From Mycoplasmatota bacterium (GTDB lineage: Bacteria; Bacillota_I; Bacilli_A; RF39; UBA660), in NCBI GenBank assembly GCA_012727915.1, contig JAAYGD010000037.1, positions 1 to 44,505 of the forward strand: a stretch of DNA of 44,505 nt. The letters are read 5' to 3'. This document shows positions 10,402 to 20,053 of the stretch, in pieces. The notes beneath the pieces are model-generated. The model was not told where the DNA came from. It saw nothing but the letters and a program-made list of their open reading frames with translations, and ran no database searches. Both the position numbers and the translations under genes were made by a program. The stretch's first letter is position 1, and every line of letters starts with the position of its first letter.

Positions 10402-11595
10402 TCAAAACTTAACTCTCATTATATCATTTTTATATACTTTTTTATCACATTTTATTTTTATTACTTGCAATGGATGATTTGCCATATCTATAAAGGTTTC
10501 ATCTTCTTTTATATATTCTATTTTTAAATCAAATCTTTTAGTTTTTGGCCCAAAAATAGTTACTATATCTCCAACCTTAAAATAGTTTCTTTGTTCAAGT
10601 TTAATCTCAATACCATCATAGTCTAATACTATCGCAAGAAAATCTTTATTTGATTGCTCATTTCTTCCTAAATAATATTGTCCTTCTACTCCTGGTTTTG
10701 ATTTAAAATATTGTGGAATAGCTTCTCTATTAGCACACCTATATAATTCATATTCCTCTTCATCAATATTTTCATCACTTTTTCCTTCAAAATAATCATC
10801 TATAATTTTTCTATATATATTTAATACAGTTGCTATATAATATACAGATCTCATTCTTCCTTCTATTTTAAAAGATGAAACTCCTATATCTATTAATTCT
10901 TTAATGTGCTTTACCATAGATAAATCTTTTACTGCCATTGAAAATTCTTCTTTAAATTCTAATTTATTTTTAAATTTATCAAATAACTCAAAATTCCATC
11001 TACAGATTTGACTACAACCACCTCTATTTGAATCTCTATTTGTCAAATAATTAGATAATACACATCTACCACTATAAGCTACACACATCGCTCCATGAAT
11101 AAACGTTTCTAATTCTATGCTACTCTCTTTTTTTATTCTTATCATATCTTCTTTTGAAGTTTCACGAGCAAGTACTATTCTACTAATACCCTCACTTTCC
11201 CAAAACTTAAAAGCTTCATGATTAAGAGTGTTTTGTTGAGTACTAAGGTGTATTTCAATATCTAATTTTAATTCTTTTATTATATCAATAATTATTGGAT
11301 CAGATATTATTACAGCATCAACTTTAGCATTATTTAATTCAATTAAATATTCTTTTAAATTAATTAAATCTTCATTATGAAATATAATATTTACTGTAAC
11401 ATATATCTTTTTATTATATGAATGAACATATTCTGATGCTTCTTTTATTTCTTCTATAGATAAGTTTTTAGCATTTGCTCTTAAACTATATTCTCTTCCT
11501 CCTAAATAAACTGCATCAGCACCATATAATATTGCCCACTTAACTTTTTCCAAATCACCTGCAGGCGCAAGTAATTCCGGCTTTTTCTTATTCAT
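10402..11595 (-). CDS. U32 family protein (YrrO/TrhP1-like tRNA hydroxylation protein)
   Basis: PELLAPAG, HGAMCVAYSGRC...NRGGCSQICR Cys motif, KIEGRMRS. Confidence 0.9.
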   Translation of the reverse strand: MNKKKPELLAPAGDLEKVKWAILYGADAVYLGGREYSLRANAKNLSIEEIKEASEYVHSYNKKIYVTVNIIFHNEDLINLKEYLIELNNAKVDAVIISDPIIIDIIKELKLDIEIHLSTQQNTLNHEAFKFWESEGISRIVLARETSKEDMIRIKKESSIELETFIHGAMCVAYSGRCVLSNYLTNRDSNRGGCSQICRWNFELFDKFKNKLEFKEEFSMAVKDLSMVKHIKELIDIGVSSFKIEGRMRSVYYIATVLNIYRKIIDDYFEGKSDENIDEEEYELYRCANREAIPQYFKSKPGVEGQYYLGRNEQSNKDFLAIVLDYDGIEIKLEQRNYFKVGDIVTIFGPKTKRFDLKIEYIKEDETFIDMANHPLQVIKIKCDKKVYKNDIMRVKF

Positions 11596-12424
11596 TTTTC
11601 ACCTTATAAATAGTTTCCTTATATAGAAAACCTTTATTATTACTTTTTCTTATAATATTTCCATTTAAAGCTTCTATATAACTATCTACAACAATATTAA
11701 ATTTATCCTCCAAATGATTTAAACCATTTAGAATTAAATAATCTATATTATTTTCTTTTAATACTTTTACTTCTTCTATACCATCAATTAAATCTTCTAA
11801 TATATAAGTATTATCATTATTTTCATAAATAGTATAATACTTATCTCTTTCTTTTTCATATAAATAATATACATCATCTTTCTTATTTGAATTCATATAT
11901 TTAAAATAATTAGTAAGTAATTCTCTTGAAGATTCAAACATAGGTAAATATCCATATATATATACAAAAATAGGTAAAGAAGTATTTCTTTTAATATTTA
12001 TATAATCATCCAACATTAACTCAGTACTTAATATTGAACCTTTTACTCCTTTTTTGTACCAATAATTACATGTTTCATAATTAGTTCCTAAATGAAGTTG
12101 ATTCCATATTAAATTTATATTATATTCTTTAACAATATTTAATAAACCTATATCATCATAAATAATACCTTTAATATTTAATTTACTTAAATTTTCTATT
12201 ATTGGTTTTAATTTATCTATATCTTCAACAAACAAGGGTTTATTAATCGATATATATATTTCCTTATCTGTTAATTTAATTATTTCCTTTATTTCATCAA
12301 TATTTATATCATAACTAGTAAAAACACTATAACCTTTTAAACCTATTATAAAACCATCAATATTTCTTTTATTTAAATTAATAAAATTATCTTTATTAAT
12401 TGGTATTACTAGTAATTTACTCAT
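11588..12424 (-). CDS. U32 family protein, second subunit (YrrN/TrhP2-like)
   Basis: Lies between the O-methyltransferase and U32 genes as in the Bacillus yrrM-yrrN-yrrO order. Motifs TNYETCNYW, LSTEL, PMFESSRELL, GFLYKETIY. Start set at MSKLL. Confidence 0.75.
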   Translation of the reverse strand: MSKLLVIPINKDNFINLNKRNIDGFIIGLKGYSVFTSYDINIDEIKEIIKLTDKEIYISINKPLFVEDIDKLKPIIENLSKLNIKGIIYDDIGLLNIVKEYNINLIWNQLHLGTNYETCNYWYKKGVKGSILSTELMLDDYINIKRNTSLPIFVYIYGYLPMFESSRELLTNYFKYMNSNKKDDVYYLYEKERDKYYTIYENNDNTYILEDLIDGIEEVKVLKENNIDYLILNGLNHLEDKFNIVVDSYIEALNGNIIRKSNNKGFLYKETIYKVKNE

Positions 12425-13004
12425 TTTTTCTAGTGGATACTGACAATCCATCTCCAACTTTATAAAACTTAGTAATAAAACCATCATGACCTTTAATAAA
12501 TTCAATATAATCTTTAATTTTATCCACCAATTTTCTTAAGTTCTTCTTTTCTATTTTTTCTTTAGATTCTACTAACCCATGAAATGAAATATTATCAGAA
12601 ATGATAGTTCCATTCCTATTTAATTTATTACAATATTTTTCAAAATAATTCTTATATTGACCTTTTGCTGCATCTATAAATATTAAATCAAATTTACCAT
12701 CTATATCAATATTTAAAGCATCCGCAAGTAATAAAGTAATTCTATCTTCTAAATGAAATGTCTTAATATTTTTTAAAGCTTCTAAATATCTATAATCATC
12801 TTTTTCAATAGTAGTAATACTAATACCCTCATCAACAAGTGCCATATTTATAGCAGAATAACCTATAGCAGATCCAATTTCTAAAATAGTTTTAACATTA
12901 TTTTCTTTTATATATTTTTGAATAAACCTTAAACTTGATTTTTCAATTATTGGTATATTATATTCTTCAGCATACTTTTCTAATGCTTTCATCTCTTCAA
13001 TCAT
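12417..13004 (-). CDS. SAM-dependent O-methyltransferase (YrrM/TrmR-like)
   Basis: ILEIGSAIGYSA, FDLIFIDAAKGQY, DN, VGDG. Confidence 0.9.
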   Translation of the reverse strand: MIEEMKALEKYAEEYNIPIIEKSSLRFIQKYIKENNVKTILEIGSAIGYSAINMALVDEGISITTIEKDDYRYLEALKNIKTFHLEDRITLLLADALNIDIDGKFDLIFIDAAKGQYKNYFEKYCNKLNRNGTIISDNISFHGLVESKEKIEKKNLRKLVDKIKDYIEFIKGHDGFITKFYKVGDGLSVSTRKNE

Positions 13005-13034
13005 ATATCTCCCTTTGATTTATTAAGACGAGTA

Positions 13035-13289
13035 TTACTCGTCTTCTTTATTAAACTTATTAATTAGTTCTTCTAAAGTTTTCCATTCCCTTTCATCTTT
13101 AATTTGCATTAATTTACCACTTTTATCATATATAGCACCATATGCTTTTATATTTTTATCAGAATCTCTTATATAATCCGTATATACAATATACTCTTTA
13201 TTAGTCTCATCAGAATTCATTGTAAATAATACATCATACTCATTTATTTCTTTTTTTTTATTTTCAATCTTAATAGTAGTTTGATCCAT
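13035..13289 (-). CDS. DUF1292 family protein (YrzB-like)
   Basis: YDVLFT...KEYIVYT...I.DEREW pattern; sits directly after ruvX. Confidence 0.75.
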   Translation of the reverse strand: MDQTTIKIENKKKEINEYDVLFTMNSDETNKEYIVYTDYIRDSDKNIKAYGAIYDKSGKLMQIKDEREWKTLEELINKFNKEDE

Positions 13290-13701
13290 TTTTTCTCCTA
13301 TCTAAATAACTTTGTAATATAAAAGAAGCTGCTACTTTATCTACTATTTTTTTTCTTTTTTTTCTACTCATATCTGCTTCTATTAAAATCTTAGTAGCTT
13401 CCCTAGTAGTTAATCTTTCATCTTCTAATACAATATTTAAATTCAAAAAATTTTCCAAATCTTGTTTAAAAAGCAATGTAGATTCAGCTCTTTCACCAAT
13501 TGTATCATTCATATTTATTGGATATCCTAATACAATTTCATCTACATTATTTTTTTCTATTATTTCTTTTACTTCATTAAATAAATCTTTATAGTCTTTT
13601 TCATATCTCAATGTTTTTAAAGATGTAGCAATAGTTTTGGTATTATCACTTATAGCAAGACCCAAAGTCTTAGTTCCAAAATCTAAACCTAATACTCTCA
13701 T
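13270..13701 (-). CDS. ruvX: Holliday junction resolvase-like / pre-16S rRNA nuclease RuvX (YqgF/YrrK)
   Basis: MRVLGLDFGTKTLGLAISD, VLGYP.NM, DERLTT, DKVAASFILQSYLD. Confidence 0.95.
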   Translation of the reverse strand: MRVLGLDFGTKTLGLAISDNTKTIATSLKTLRYEKDYKDLFNEVKEIIEKNNVDEIVLGYPINMNDTIGERAESTLLFKQDLENFLNLNIVLEDERLTTREATKILIEADMSRKKRKKIVDKVAASFILQSYLDRRKNGSNYY

Positions 13702-13943
13702 TTATTTAAAAATTCTCTTAATATTAGTTCTACGATTCTATTTCTATCTAGTTTCATAATCTTTTTTCTTGAATTATTATGACTAGATATATATCCAGGA
13801 TCTCCGCTCATAAGATAACCAACTATTTGATTTATTGGATTATATCCAACTTCTTTTAAACTAGTTTCTACTTCCTTTAAAGTGTTTTCTATGATTGTAT
13901 CATCTAAACTATCTACATCAAATAATTTAGTATTTGAACTCAT
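13698..13943 (-). CDS. IreB/ReoM family regulatory phosphoprotein (DUF965)
   Basis: GYNPINQIVGYLMSGDP.YI motif. Start set at MSSNT after GGTGGTG. Confidence 0.9.
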   Translation of the reverse strand: MSSNTKLFDVDSLDDTIIENTLKEVETSLKEVGYNPINQIVGYLMSGDPGYISSHNNSRKKIMKLDRNRIVELILREFLNK

Positions 13944-14013
13944 ATAATCACCACCAAATACATAATAGCATTTTTTTAATTTTTTTTCAATATTCAAAAA
14001 AGATTCAATAAAT

Positions 14014-14352
14014 TTAATCATTGAATCTTCTACAAATTCTTCTATTACAATTTCTTCCCATTTCCATAGAAGTACATAAATTGTAATTCCCACCTTCAAT
14101 TTTTAATGTTTTTCCATTTACTATAGAATCGCTTATCTTTTTTCTTGCAGATTCATATATTCCTTGAACCGTAGTTCTCGCAACATCCATAAATTTTGAT
14201 GCTTCTTCTTGCGATAAATTGTTATAATCTATTAATCTTATTACTTCATATTCCTCATATGTCATAATTACAACATCAATATTATTATTATTTCCAAAAA
14301 CATTAAATTTAGGACTAGAACATACTATTCTAGGTTTCACAGGTCTAGCCAT
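14014..14352 (-). CDS. DUF134 domain protein (predicted HTH DNA-binding protein)
   Basis: MARPVKPRIV...EEYEVIRLID...SQEEAS..M.VARTTVQ.IY.SARKKI...IEGG. Confidence 0.9.
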   Translation of the reverse strand: MARPVKPRIVCSSPKFNVFGNNNNIDVVIMTYEEYEVIRLIDYNNLSQEEASKFMDVARTTVQGIYESARKKISDSIVNGKTLKIEGGNYNLCTSMEMGRNCNRRICRRFND

Positions 14353-14357
14353 AATTA

Positions 14358-14549
14358 TTATCTACCTCTTCTGTTTTTTCTTCCTAGTCCGATTCTCAAA
14401 CCTAAACCAGGTCTTTTTAAAGGTGTTTCTTTTTTATTTTCAACAGTAGGATTATCAATGTTTTTTTCTACAGTTAGATTACAATTTCCTAAACCTCTTC
14501 CAGTTTTCGGACCTAATCCTTCGGGTCCCATTCCATCTCTTCTTGGCAT
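14358..14549 (-). CDS. DUF5320-like small Gly/Arg-rich protein
   Basis: MPRRDGMGPEGLGPKTGRGLGNC N-terminus. Start after the RBS AAAGGAGTG. Confidence 0.8.
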   Translation of the reverse strand: MPRRDGMGPEGLGPKTGRGLGNCNLTVEKNIDNPTVENKKETPLKRPGLGLRIGLGRKNRRGR

Positions 14550-14565
14550 TTTGATCACTCCTTTC

Positions 14566-14835
14566 TTATAAATCTTTATATTTAGTAATAAGCTCAATCA
14601 ATTTATTTTTTGAATATTCACCGCTTATTCTAATTATCTCTTCTCCATTTTTGTTTAAAAATATAAATACTGGTAATATGTTGCTAACATTCCATTTATG
14701 TGCAATATCATTATTTTCATCATAATCAAAATATTCGTTTTTTAACCAAGGATTTTCTTCTTCTATCTCTTTCCATCTCGGTTTCATTATTAAACATCCT
14801 GGACACCATACTGCTCCAAATTTTAATACTTTCAT
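14566..14835 (-). CDS. Thioredoxin family protein
   Basis: KFGAVWCPGC active site, LPVFIFL cis-Pro loop, RBS GAGGAGG. Confidence 0.9.
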   Translation of the reverse strand: MKVLKFGAVWCPGCLIMKPRWKEIEEENPWLKNEYFDYDENNDIAHKWNVSNILPVFIFLNKNGEEIIRISGEYSKNKLIELITKYKDL

Positions 14836-14857
14836 AATACCTCCTCAATACATATAA

Positions 14858-14890
14858 AACATAACATAATTATTGACATATGTCAATAAT
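14858..14890 (-). promoter_or_regulatory. Sigma-A promoter overlapped by a perfect 22-bp palindromic operator candidate
   Basis: ATTATTGACATATGTCAATAAT (14869-14890) is its own reverse complement. Minus-strand TTGACA (14886-14881), 17 nt, TATGTT (14863-14858) with an extended TG. Confidence 0.65.
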
Positions 14891-14894
14891 AAAA

Positions 14895-14919
14895 ATAAAA
14901 GCACAAATTATGCTTTTAT
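14895..14919 (-). terminator. Putative intrinsic terminator overlapping the alaS stop
   Basis: ataaaagca-caaatta-tgcttttat hairpin followed by a minus-strand T run. Confidence 0.5.
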
Positions 14920-17583
14920 CTTATTTTCAATTTCTAATAATATTTCATCTAAATTATCAATTGAAGTTCCGCCACCTTGTCCAAATGTTTTAGAACCTCC
15001 ACCATTACCATTACTCTTTGATGATGCTTCTTTAATTAATACTCCAGCATCAATATCTATATTTGATTTACAAATATAATTAACATTATTTCCTTTTACA
15101 TTAGCAATAAATATAATTCCTTCATTAAGATGCTCAATTAATCTATCTACTAATACTTTTAACACATTCATATCATAATCATATACTTTAGTAACAACAT
15201 ATTTATATCTAGATTCTTTAACCTCATTTAAAAACTTATCAATATTGTTTAAAACTTCTTGTTCTTTTTCAATTTGATATATTTTTTCTAAATTTTTTAT
15301 TCTATCTTTAACATATTCTAATTCTTTTCTATTATAAACAACATCTTTATAAGAATATGGTTGTTTATTATCTACATTAACATAGAATTCCAAACTTATT
15401 CCTTCTTTATTAGCTTCTTCTAATATGTTTTTACCTTTTTCCAACAATTTAATAATTTCATCATTATAAGGTTTAATAGCTTCATACATTTCATTTTCTA
15501 TGTTTTTGTCAGTAGCAGCAAAAATTCTATATGTATTAGCACCAATTGTTTCGTAAGATTTAATAGCGAATCTATTAATATGTGAAGTATTATTAACATG
15601 AGTCCCACCACATAATTCTTTTGATGTATCCATAGTAATTACTCTTACAATATCATTATATTTATCTTTAAATAACGCAACTGCACCTTCAGAAATAGCA
15701 ACATCTAAACCCTTTTCTTCTACAATTGTATCCTTATTATTAGAAATCATACTATTAACTAAATCTTCTACTTTTATTATTTCATCATCTGTTAATTTTT
15801 TTTCATATAAAAAATCAAATCTTATTTCATATTCATCAATTCTAGAACCAGCTTGATCAATAGATGAATTTAATACATCTTTTAATGCTTTATGTAATAA
15901 ATGGGTAGCGCTATGATTCTTCTCAATAGAATCTCTTCTTTTAGAATTGATTTTAGCGGTTATTTTATCTCCTATATTTATTGAACCTTCAATAACATTA
16001 ATCATGTGTAAATGTTGATGATTTGGAGCTTCAAAGGTATCTACAACCGCAATACTAGTATCTTTATTAAATAGCAATCCCGTATCTCCAACTTGTCCAC
16101 CTTTTTCTGCATAAAATGGAGTTTCTTTTAAAACAACATAACCAACATCATTTAATGAATTTACTTTTTTATTATCTTTAAATAATCCAATTACAGTTGT
16201 ATTTATTTCGTGTTTTTCATAACCCACAAAAGAAGATTCTTCTTTGAATTCAAGCAATTCTTGACTTTGAATATTCATACTATCTATAACCCTTCTAGAA
16301 GTTCTAGCAAGTTCTTTTTGTCTTTCCATACATTTTTCAAATTCTTCTTTATTAGTATTAAAGCCTCTTTCTATTAAACACTCAACAGTTAATTCAAATG
16401 GGAAACCATAAGTATCGTATAATTTAAAAGCAATATCACCTGATATTTGATTTGTTTTTGAACAATCCATAATATCACATAATTTTCTTTCACCAGACTC
16501 TAAAGTTTTATCAAATAATATCTCTTCTCTATGAACTAAATCCTCAATATGTTTCTTTTTATCAATTAAATTAGAATATTGAACACCCATAATGTTTACT
16601 ACTTCTTCAACTAATTTATATAGAAAAGAACCACTTATATTTATTTTCTTACCACACCTATAAGCTCTTCTTAATAACCTTCTTAAAACATATCCTCTTC
16701 CTTCATTAGAAAAAGTAGCACCATCAGAAATTGCAAATACTATTGTTCTAATATGATCCGCAATAATTCTAAAGTTTCTATCATTTCCATATACTTTATT
16801 TGATAATTTTTCAATTTTTTCTATTATTGGCACAAACAAATCTGTATCATAACTAGAATCTTTTCCTTGAATAATGCAAGTCATTCTTTCTAATCCCATA
16901 CCAGTATCTATATTTTTACTTGGTAATTCTTCATAATCTTTTCTCGCAACTCCATCTTTAGCATTATATGTACTAAATACATTATTCCATATTTCAACAT
17001 ATCTACTATTTGGAATATCCTCTTTTAATAATTTAATACCAAGTTTATTAGGATCATATTTTTCTCCTCTATCATAAAATATTTCAGAATCCGGCCCACA
17101 AGGACCTTCACCAATATACCAAAAATTACCATCAAGTTCTATTATATGGCTTTCTTCAACTCCTAGATTCATCCATATTTGTTTTGATTCTAAATCTCCA
17201 GTATAAATAGTAAAGTATAAAAGATTTTTATCAAAATTAAAATAATTAGAAGAAGTTAATAACTCGTATGCCATCCTTAATGCTTCATCCTTAAAATAAT
17301 CTCCAATAGAAAAATTCCCAAGCATTTCGAAAAAAGTATGATGTGTTTCATCACCTACAGATTCAATATCATTTGTTCTAATACATTTTTGAGAACTAGC
17401 CATTCTTTTATTTTTAGGAACCAATGAACCATCAAAATATTTTTTTAATGGAGTTACTCCAGCATTATTCCACAATATAGTTGGATCATTATCAGGTATT
17501 AAAGGTGCAGAAGGGATAATATCATGATCATGTTCTTTGAAATAATTTAAAAATGTATCCCTAATTTCTTTACTCGTTTTCAT
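14908..17583 (-). CDS. alaS: Alanine--tRNA ligase
   Basis: QKCIRTND, HHTFFEMLGNFS.GDYFK, IDTGMGLER, YDTYGFP, editing motifs HSATH and ELCGGTH, GGG..GQGGG. Start MKTSKE after GAGGT. Confidence 0.97.
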   Translation of the reverse strand: MKTSKEIRDTFLNYFKEHDHDIIPSAPLIPDNDPTILWNNAGVTPLKKYFDGSLVPKNKRMASSQKCIRTNDIESVGDETHHTFFEMLGNFSIGDYFKDEALRMAYELLTSSNYFNFDKNLLYFTIYTGDLESKQIWMNLGVEESHIIELDGNFWYIGEGPCGPDSEIFYDRGEKYDPNKLGIKLLKEDIPNSRYVEIWNNVFSTYNAKDGVARKDYEELPSKNIDTGMGLERMTCIIQGKDSSYDTDLFVPIIEKIEKLSNKVYGNDRNFRIIADHIRTIVFAISDGATFSNEGRGYVLRRLLRRAYRCGKKINISGSFLYKLVEEVVNIMGVQYSNLIDKKKHIEDLVHREEILFDKTLESGERKLCDIMDCSKTNQISGDIAFKLYDTYGFPFELTVECLIERGFNTNKEEFEKCMERQKELARTSRRVIDSMNIQSQELLEFKEESSFVGYEKHEINTTVIGLFKDNKKVNSLNDVGYVVLKETPFYAEKGGQVGDTGLLFNKDTSIAVVDTFEAPNHQHLHMINVIEGSINIGDKITAKINSKRRDSIEKNHSATHLLHKALKDVLNSSIDQAGSRIDEYEIRFDFLYEKKLTDDEIIKVEDLVNSMISNNKDTIVEEKGLDVAISEGAVALFKDKYNDIVRVITMDTSKELCGGTHVNNTSHINRFAIKSYETIGANTYRIFAATDKNIENEMYEAIKPYNDEIIKLLEKGKNILEEANKEGISLEFYVNVDNKQPYSYKDVVYNRKELEYVKDRIKNLEKIYQIEKEQEVLNNIDKFLNEVKESRYKYVVTKVYDYDMNVLKVLVDRLIEHLNEGIIFIANVKGNNVNYICKSNIDIDAGVLIKEASSKSNGNGGGSKTFGQGGGTSIDNLDEILLEIENKIKA

Positions 17584-17797
17584 TTGTAACCTCGAAGTTT
17601 TCAAATGTTCCATTTTCTTTTAATATCTTAGTTACTGTTTCTTCTGCTTTATTCAATTTATCACTACATTCTTTTGCAATCTTCATAGCTTTTCCATACT
17701 TATCAATAGCAGCATCTAATTTAACTTCTCCACTTTCTAATTCTTCAACTATTTTTTCTAATTCTTCTAATTTTTCTTCAAATGTTATTTCTTTCAT
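17570..17797 (-). CDS. xseB: Exodeoxyribonuclease VII small subunit
   Basis: FEEKLEELEKIVEELESGEVKLD.AI..Y...C...L..AE. Confidence 0.95.
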   Translation of the reverse strand: MKEITFEEKLEELEKIVEELESGEVKLDAAIDKYGKAMKIAKECSDKLNKAEETVTKILKENGTFENFEVTNENE

Positions 17798-19065
17798 ATT
17801 TCCTCCAATTCTAATATATTAGCTTTAATATTACCATCTACTAAACTTATATTTATTTTATCATCTTTATTTACTAACTTAATACTATCAATACATGTAT
17901 CATCTTTTTTTAATATTGAATATCCTCTTTTTAAAGCATTTAATGGATCTAATAGTATTAATTTATCTATCATATTATCTAAACTATTTTTATAATTAGA
18001 ATATAACTTTATTGGATTTTTTAATATATAATTATTTTTTAAAACATTCAGTTCAGTATTTTTATCTTTTAATTTTATATCTATTAATAGATTAATTCTC
18101 TTAATAGAATTAATTATTATACTTTTTTTAACTTCATAAATATTTAAAGGATTTTTTAATATGTAGCTTGAACTTAATTGTTTTAATTTCTTTCTATAAT
18201 CAATAATAAAGTTTTCCATTATATTACTTGCTTTATCTATTTGAGCATCTATATATATATTTAAATCTTCTATATTGGGAGTACAAAGTTCTGCTGCTGC
18301 TGTTGGGGTTGCCGCTCTAAGGTCTGCGACAAAATCAGATATTGTAAAGTCAATTTCGTGACCTACAGCACTTATTATTGGAATATTAGAGTTATATATT
18401 GCATATGCAACTTCTTTCTCATTAAATGCCCATAAATCTTCTATAGAACCTCCTCCTCTACCTACTATAAGTACATCTAGAGGATGAGTATTTGCTATTT
18501 CTATTTTTTTAGTTATATCAAATTTAGCTTCATTACCTTGAACTAAAGAAGGAAATATATATATTTCAGCGATAGGATATCTTCTTTTAATTGTTATAAT
18601 GATATCTCTAATTGCTGCTCCTGTACTTGCAGTTACTACTCCAATTTTTTTAGGGAACTTTGGAATTATTTTTTTATGATTAGAATCAAACAAACCTTCT
18701 TTTTCTAATTCTTTTTTTAATTCTAAAAACTTCTTAAATAAATCTCCAGCTCCATCTAAATCCATTGAATCAACATATAATTGATAATTACCATTTGCTT
18801 CATATACACTTACTTTTCCAATTATTAATACAGAATCACCATCTTTAGGTTCAAATTTCAACCTTGAAGCTTTTGCATTAAACATAACTCCGCTAATTCT
18901 ACTATTTTCATCTTTAATAGTAAAATAACAATGGCCAGAAGGAAATTGTTTTTTAAAATTTGATATTTCTCCCTTTACATAAACTCTATTAAAAAAAGGA
19001 TCACTATCAAACATATTTTTAACTATTTTATTTAATTCAAAAACGGTTAAGTATTCTTTTTCCAT
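17794..19065 (-). CDS. xseA: Exodeoxyribonuclease VII large subunit
   Basis: GEISNF, SGHCYFTIKD, RGGGSIEDLWAFN, SAVGHEIDFTISDFVADLRAATPTAAAE. Start MEKEY after AGGTG. Confidence 0.97.
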   Translation of the reverse strand: MEKEYLTVFELNKIVKNMFDSDPFFNRVYVKGEISNFKKQFPSGHCYFTIKDENSRISGVMFNAKASRLKFEPKDGDSVLIIGKVSVYEANGNYQLYVDSMDLDGAGDLFKKFLELKKELEKEGLFDSNHKKIIPKFPKKIGVVTASTGAAIRDIIITIKRRYPIAEIYIFPSLVQGNEAKFDITKKIEIANTHPLDVLIVGRGGGSIEDLWAFNEKEVAYAIYNSNIPIISAVGHEIDFTISDFVADLRAATPTAAAELCTPNIEDLNIYIDAQIDKASNIMENFIIDYRKKLKQLSSSYILKNPLNIYEVKKSIIINSIKRINLLIDIKLKDKNTELNVLKNNYILKNPIKLYSNYKNSLDNMIDKLILLDPLNALKRGYSILKKDDTCIDSIKLVNKDDKINISLVDGNIKANILELEEI

Positions 19066-19104
19066 AATAAACACCTAACATAATTATAACATAATCAATA
19101 ATAA

Positions 19105-19950
19105 TTACATAGTTCTTGCTAGTTCTTTTATTGCTTTAGTTTCAGAATCATATGTTGATGTATCTTCATATAAATCATGTATTAAAAAGTTCCCCGTTTT
19201 AATATTATCATCCAAAAAATAAATAAAACTATTTTTTTCTTTTATTAAAACATCCTTTGATTCGCTTTTTTCCACTTTATTAGAAAAAAATGAAACCAAA
19301 GTTCTTTGTATTACTGGTAATTTTTCATTAATATATTTACCTGAAAAAGCATCTTTAAGTTTGTTTATATCTTTAAATAATTTTTTAGATTCATCTTTAT
19401 TTATTCCAAGCCATGATAATTTATCTATCATAGGAGTTATACCTTTATTATTAAAAAAAGCATCCTTCATAATATCAATTCCAACAATTTCAGTTAGCAT
19501 ACCAGCAATTGAATAATAAATTTTACTAAATTTTATATTTTCTGTTGCATCTGATTTCAATAATAAAGACATAAAACCTCTATCTAAACCAGTATGTAAA
19601 TCATCACCCATTTCATTATTAAAATTGATAGTTGAAAATCCAGAATATACTATATTATTTTCTTTATCAAACTTTGTTGATGCAACATTTAATAATAAAT
19701 ATCTTATAGAATAATTTAAATAATTAAAATAATCATAATTATTGCTATAAGACTCATTACTCATTCCTTTTAAACTTAAGTTTATATAATTTCCTATTTG
19801 ACTATATTCTCCAGTACATCCTTCTTTGTTTTCATAAAGATATATTTTTAAAGTTTTAATATTTTTATCAATGTTGCCTCCGCAATTTTCTGGAATTAAT
19901 TCCTTTACATATAAAATAGCATCATTAATAATTTTACTTTTAATAAGCAT
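19105..19950 (-). CDS. Hypothetical protein, possibly a degenerate zincin-like fold
   Basis: 281-aa ORF with RBS AAAGGAG and an upstream TG-extended -10-like element. No intact catalytic motif. Confidence 0.65.
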   Translation of the reverse strand: MLIKSKIINDAILYVKELIPENCGGNIDKNIKTLKIYLYENKEGCTGEYSQIGNYINLSLKGMSNESYSNNYDYFNYLNYSIRYLLLNVASTKFDKENNIVYSGFSTINFNNEMGDDLHTGLDRGFMSLLLKSDATENIKFSKIYYSIAGMLTEIVGIDIMKDAFFNNKGITPMIDKLSWLGINKDESKKLFKDINKLKDAFSGKYINEKLPVIQRTLVSFFSNKVEKSESKDVLIKEKNSFIYFLDDNIKTGNFLIHDLYEDTSTYDSETKAIKELARTM

Positions 19951-20001
19951 AACATTTAACTCCTTTCAATTACGATTTATAATACTATATGATAATAAAA
20001 A

Positions 20002-20033
20002 AATAAAGCAATTTTGTTATTTACTGCTTTATT
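20002..20033 (-). terminator. Putative intrinsic terminator after the 20054 ORF
   Basis: aataaagca-N14-tgctttatt followed by a minus-strand T run. Confidence 0.45.
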
Positions 20034-20053
20034 ATTAAATATTTATATTATTT

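Noticed and set aside
17570..17620. T-box leader upstream of alaS
   Set aside because: alaS overlaps the end of xseB, leaving no room for a leader.
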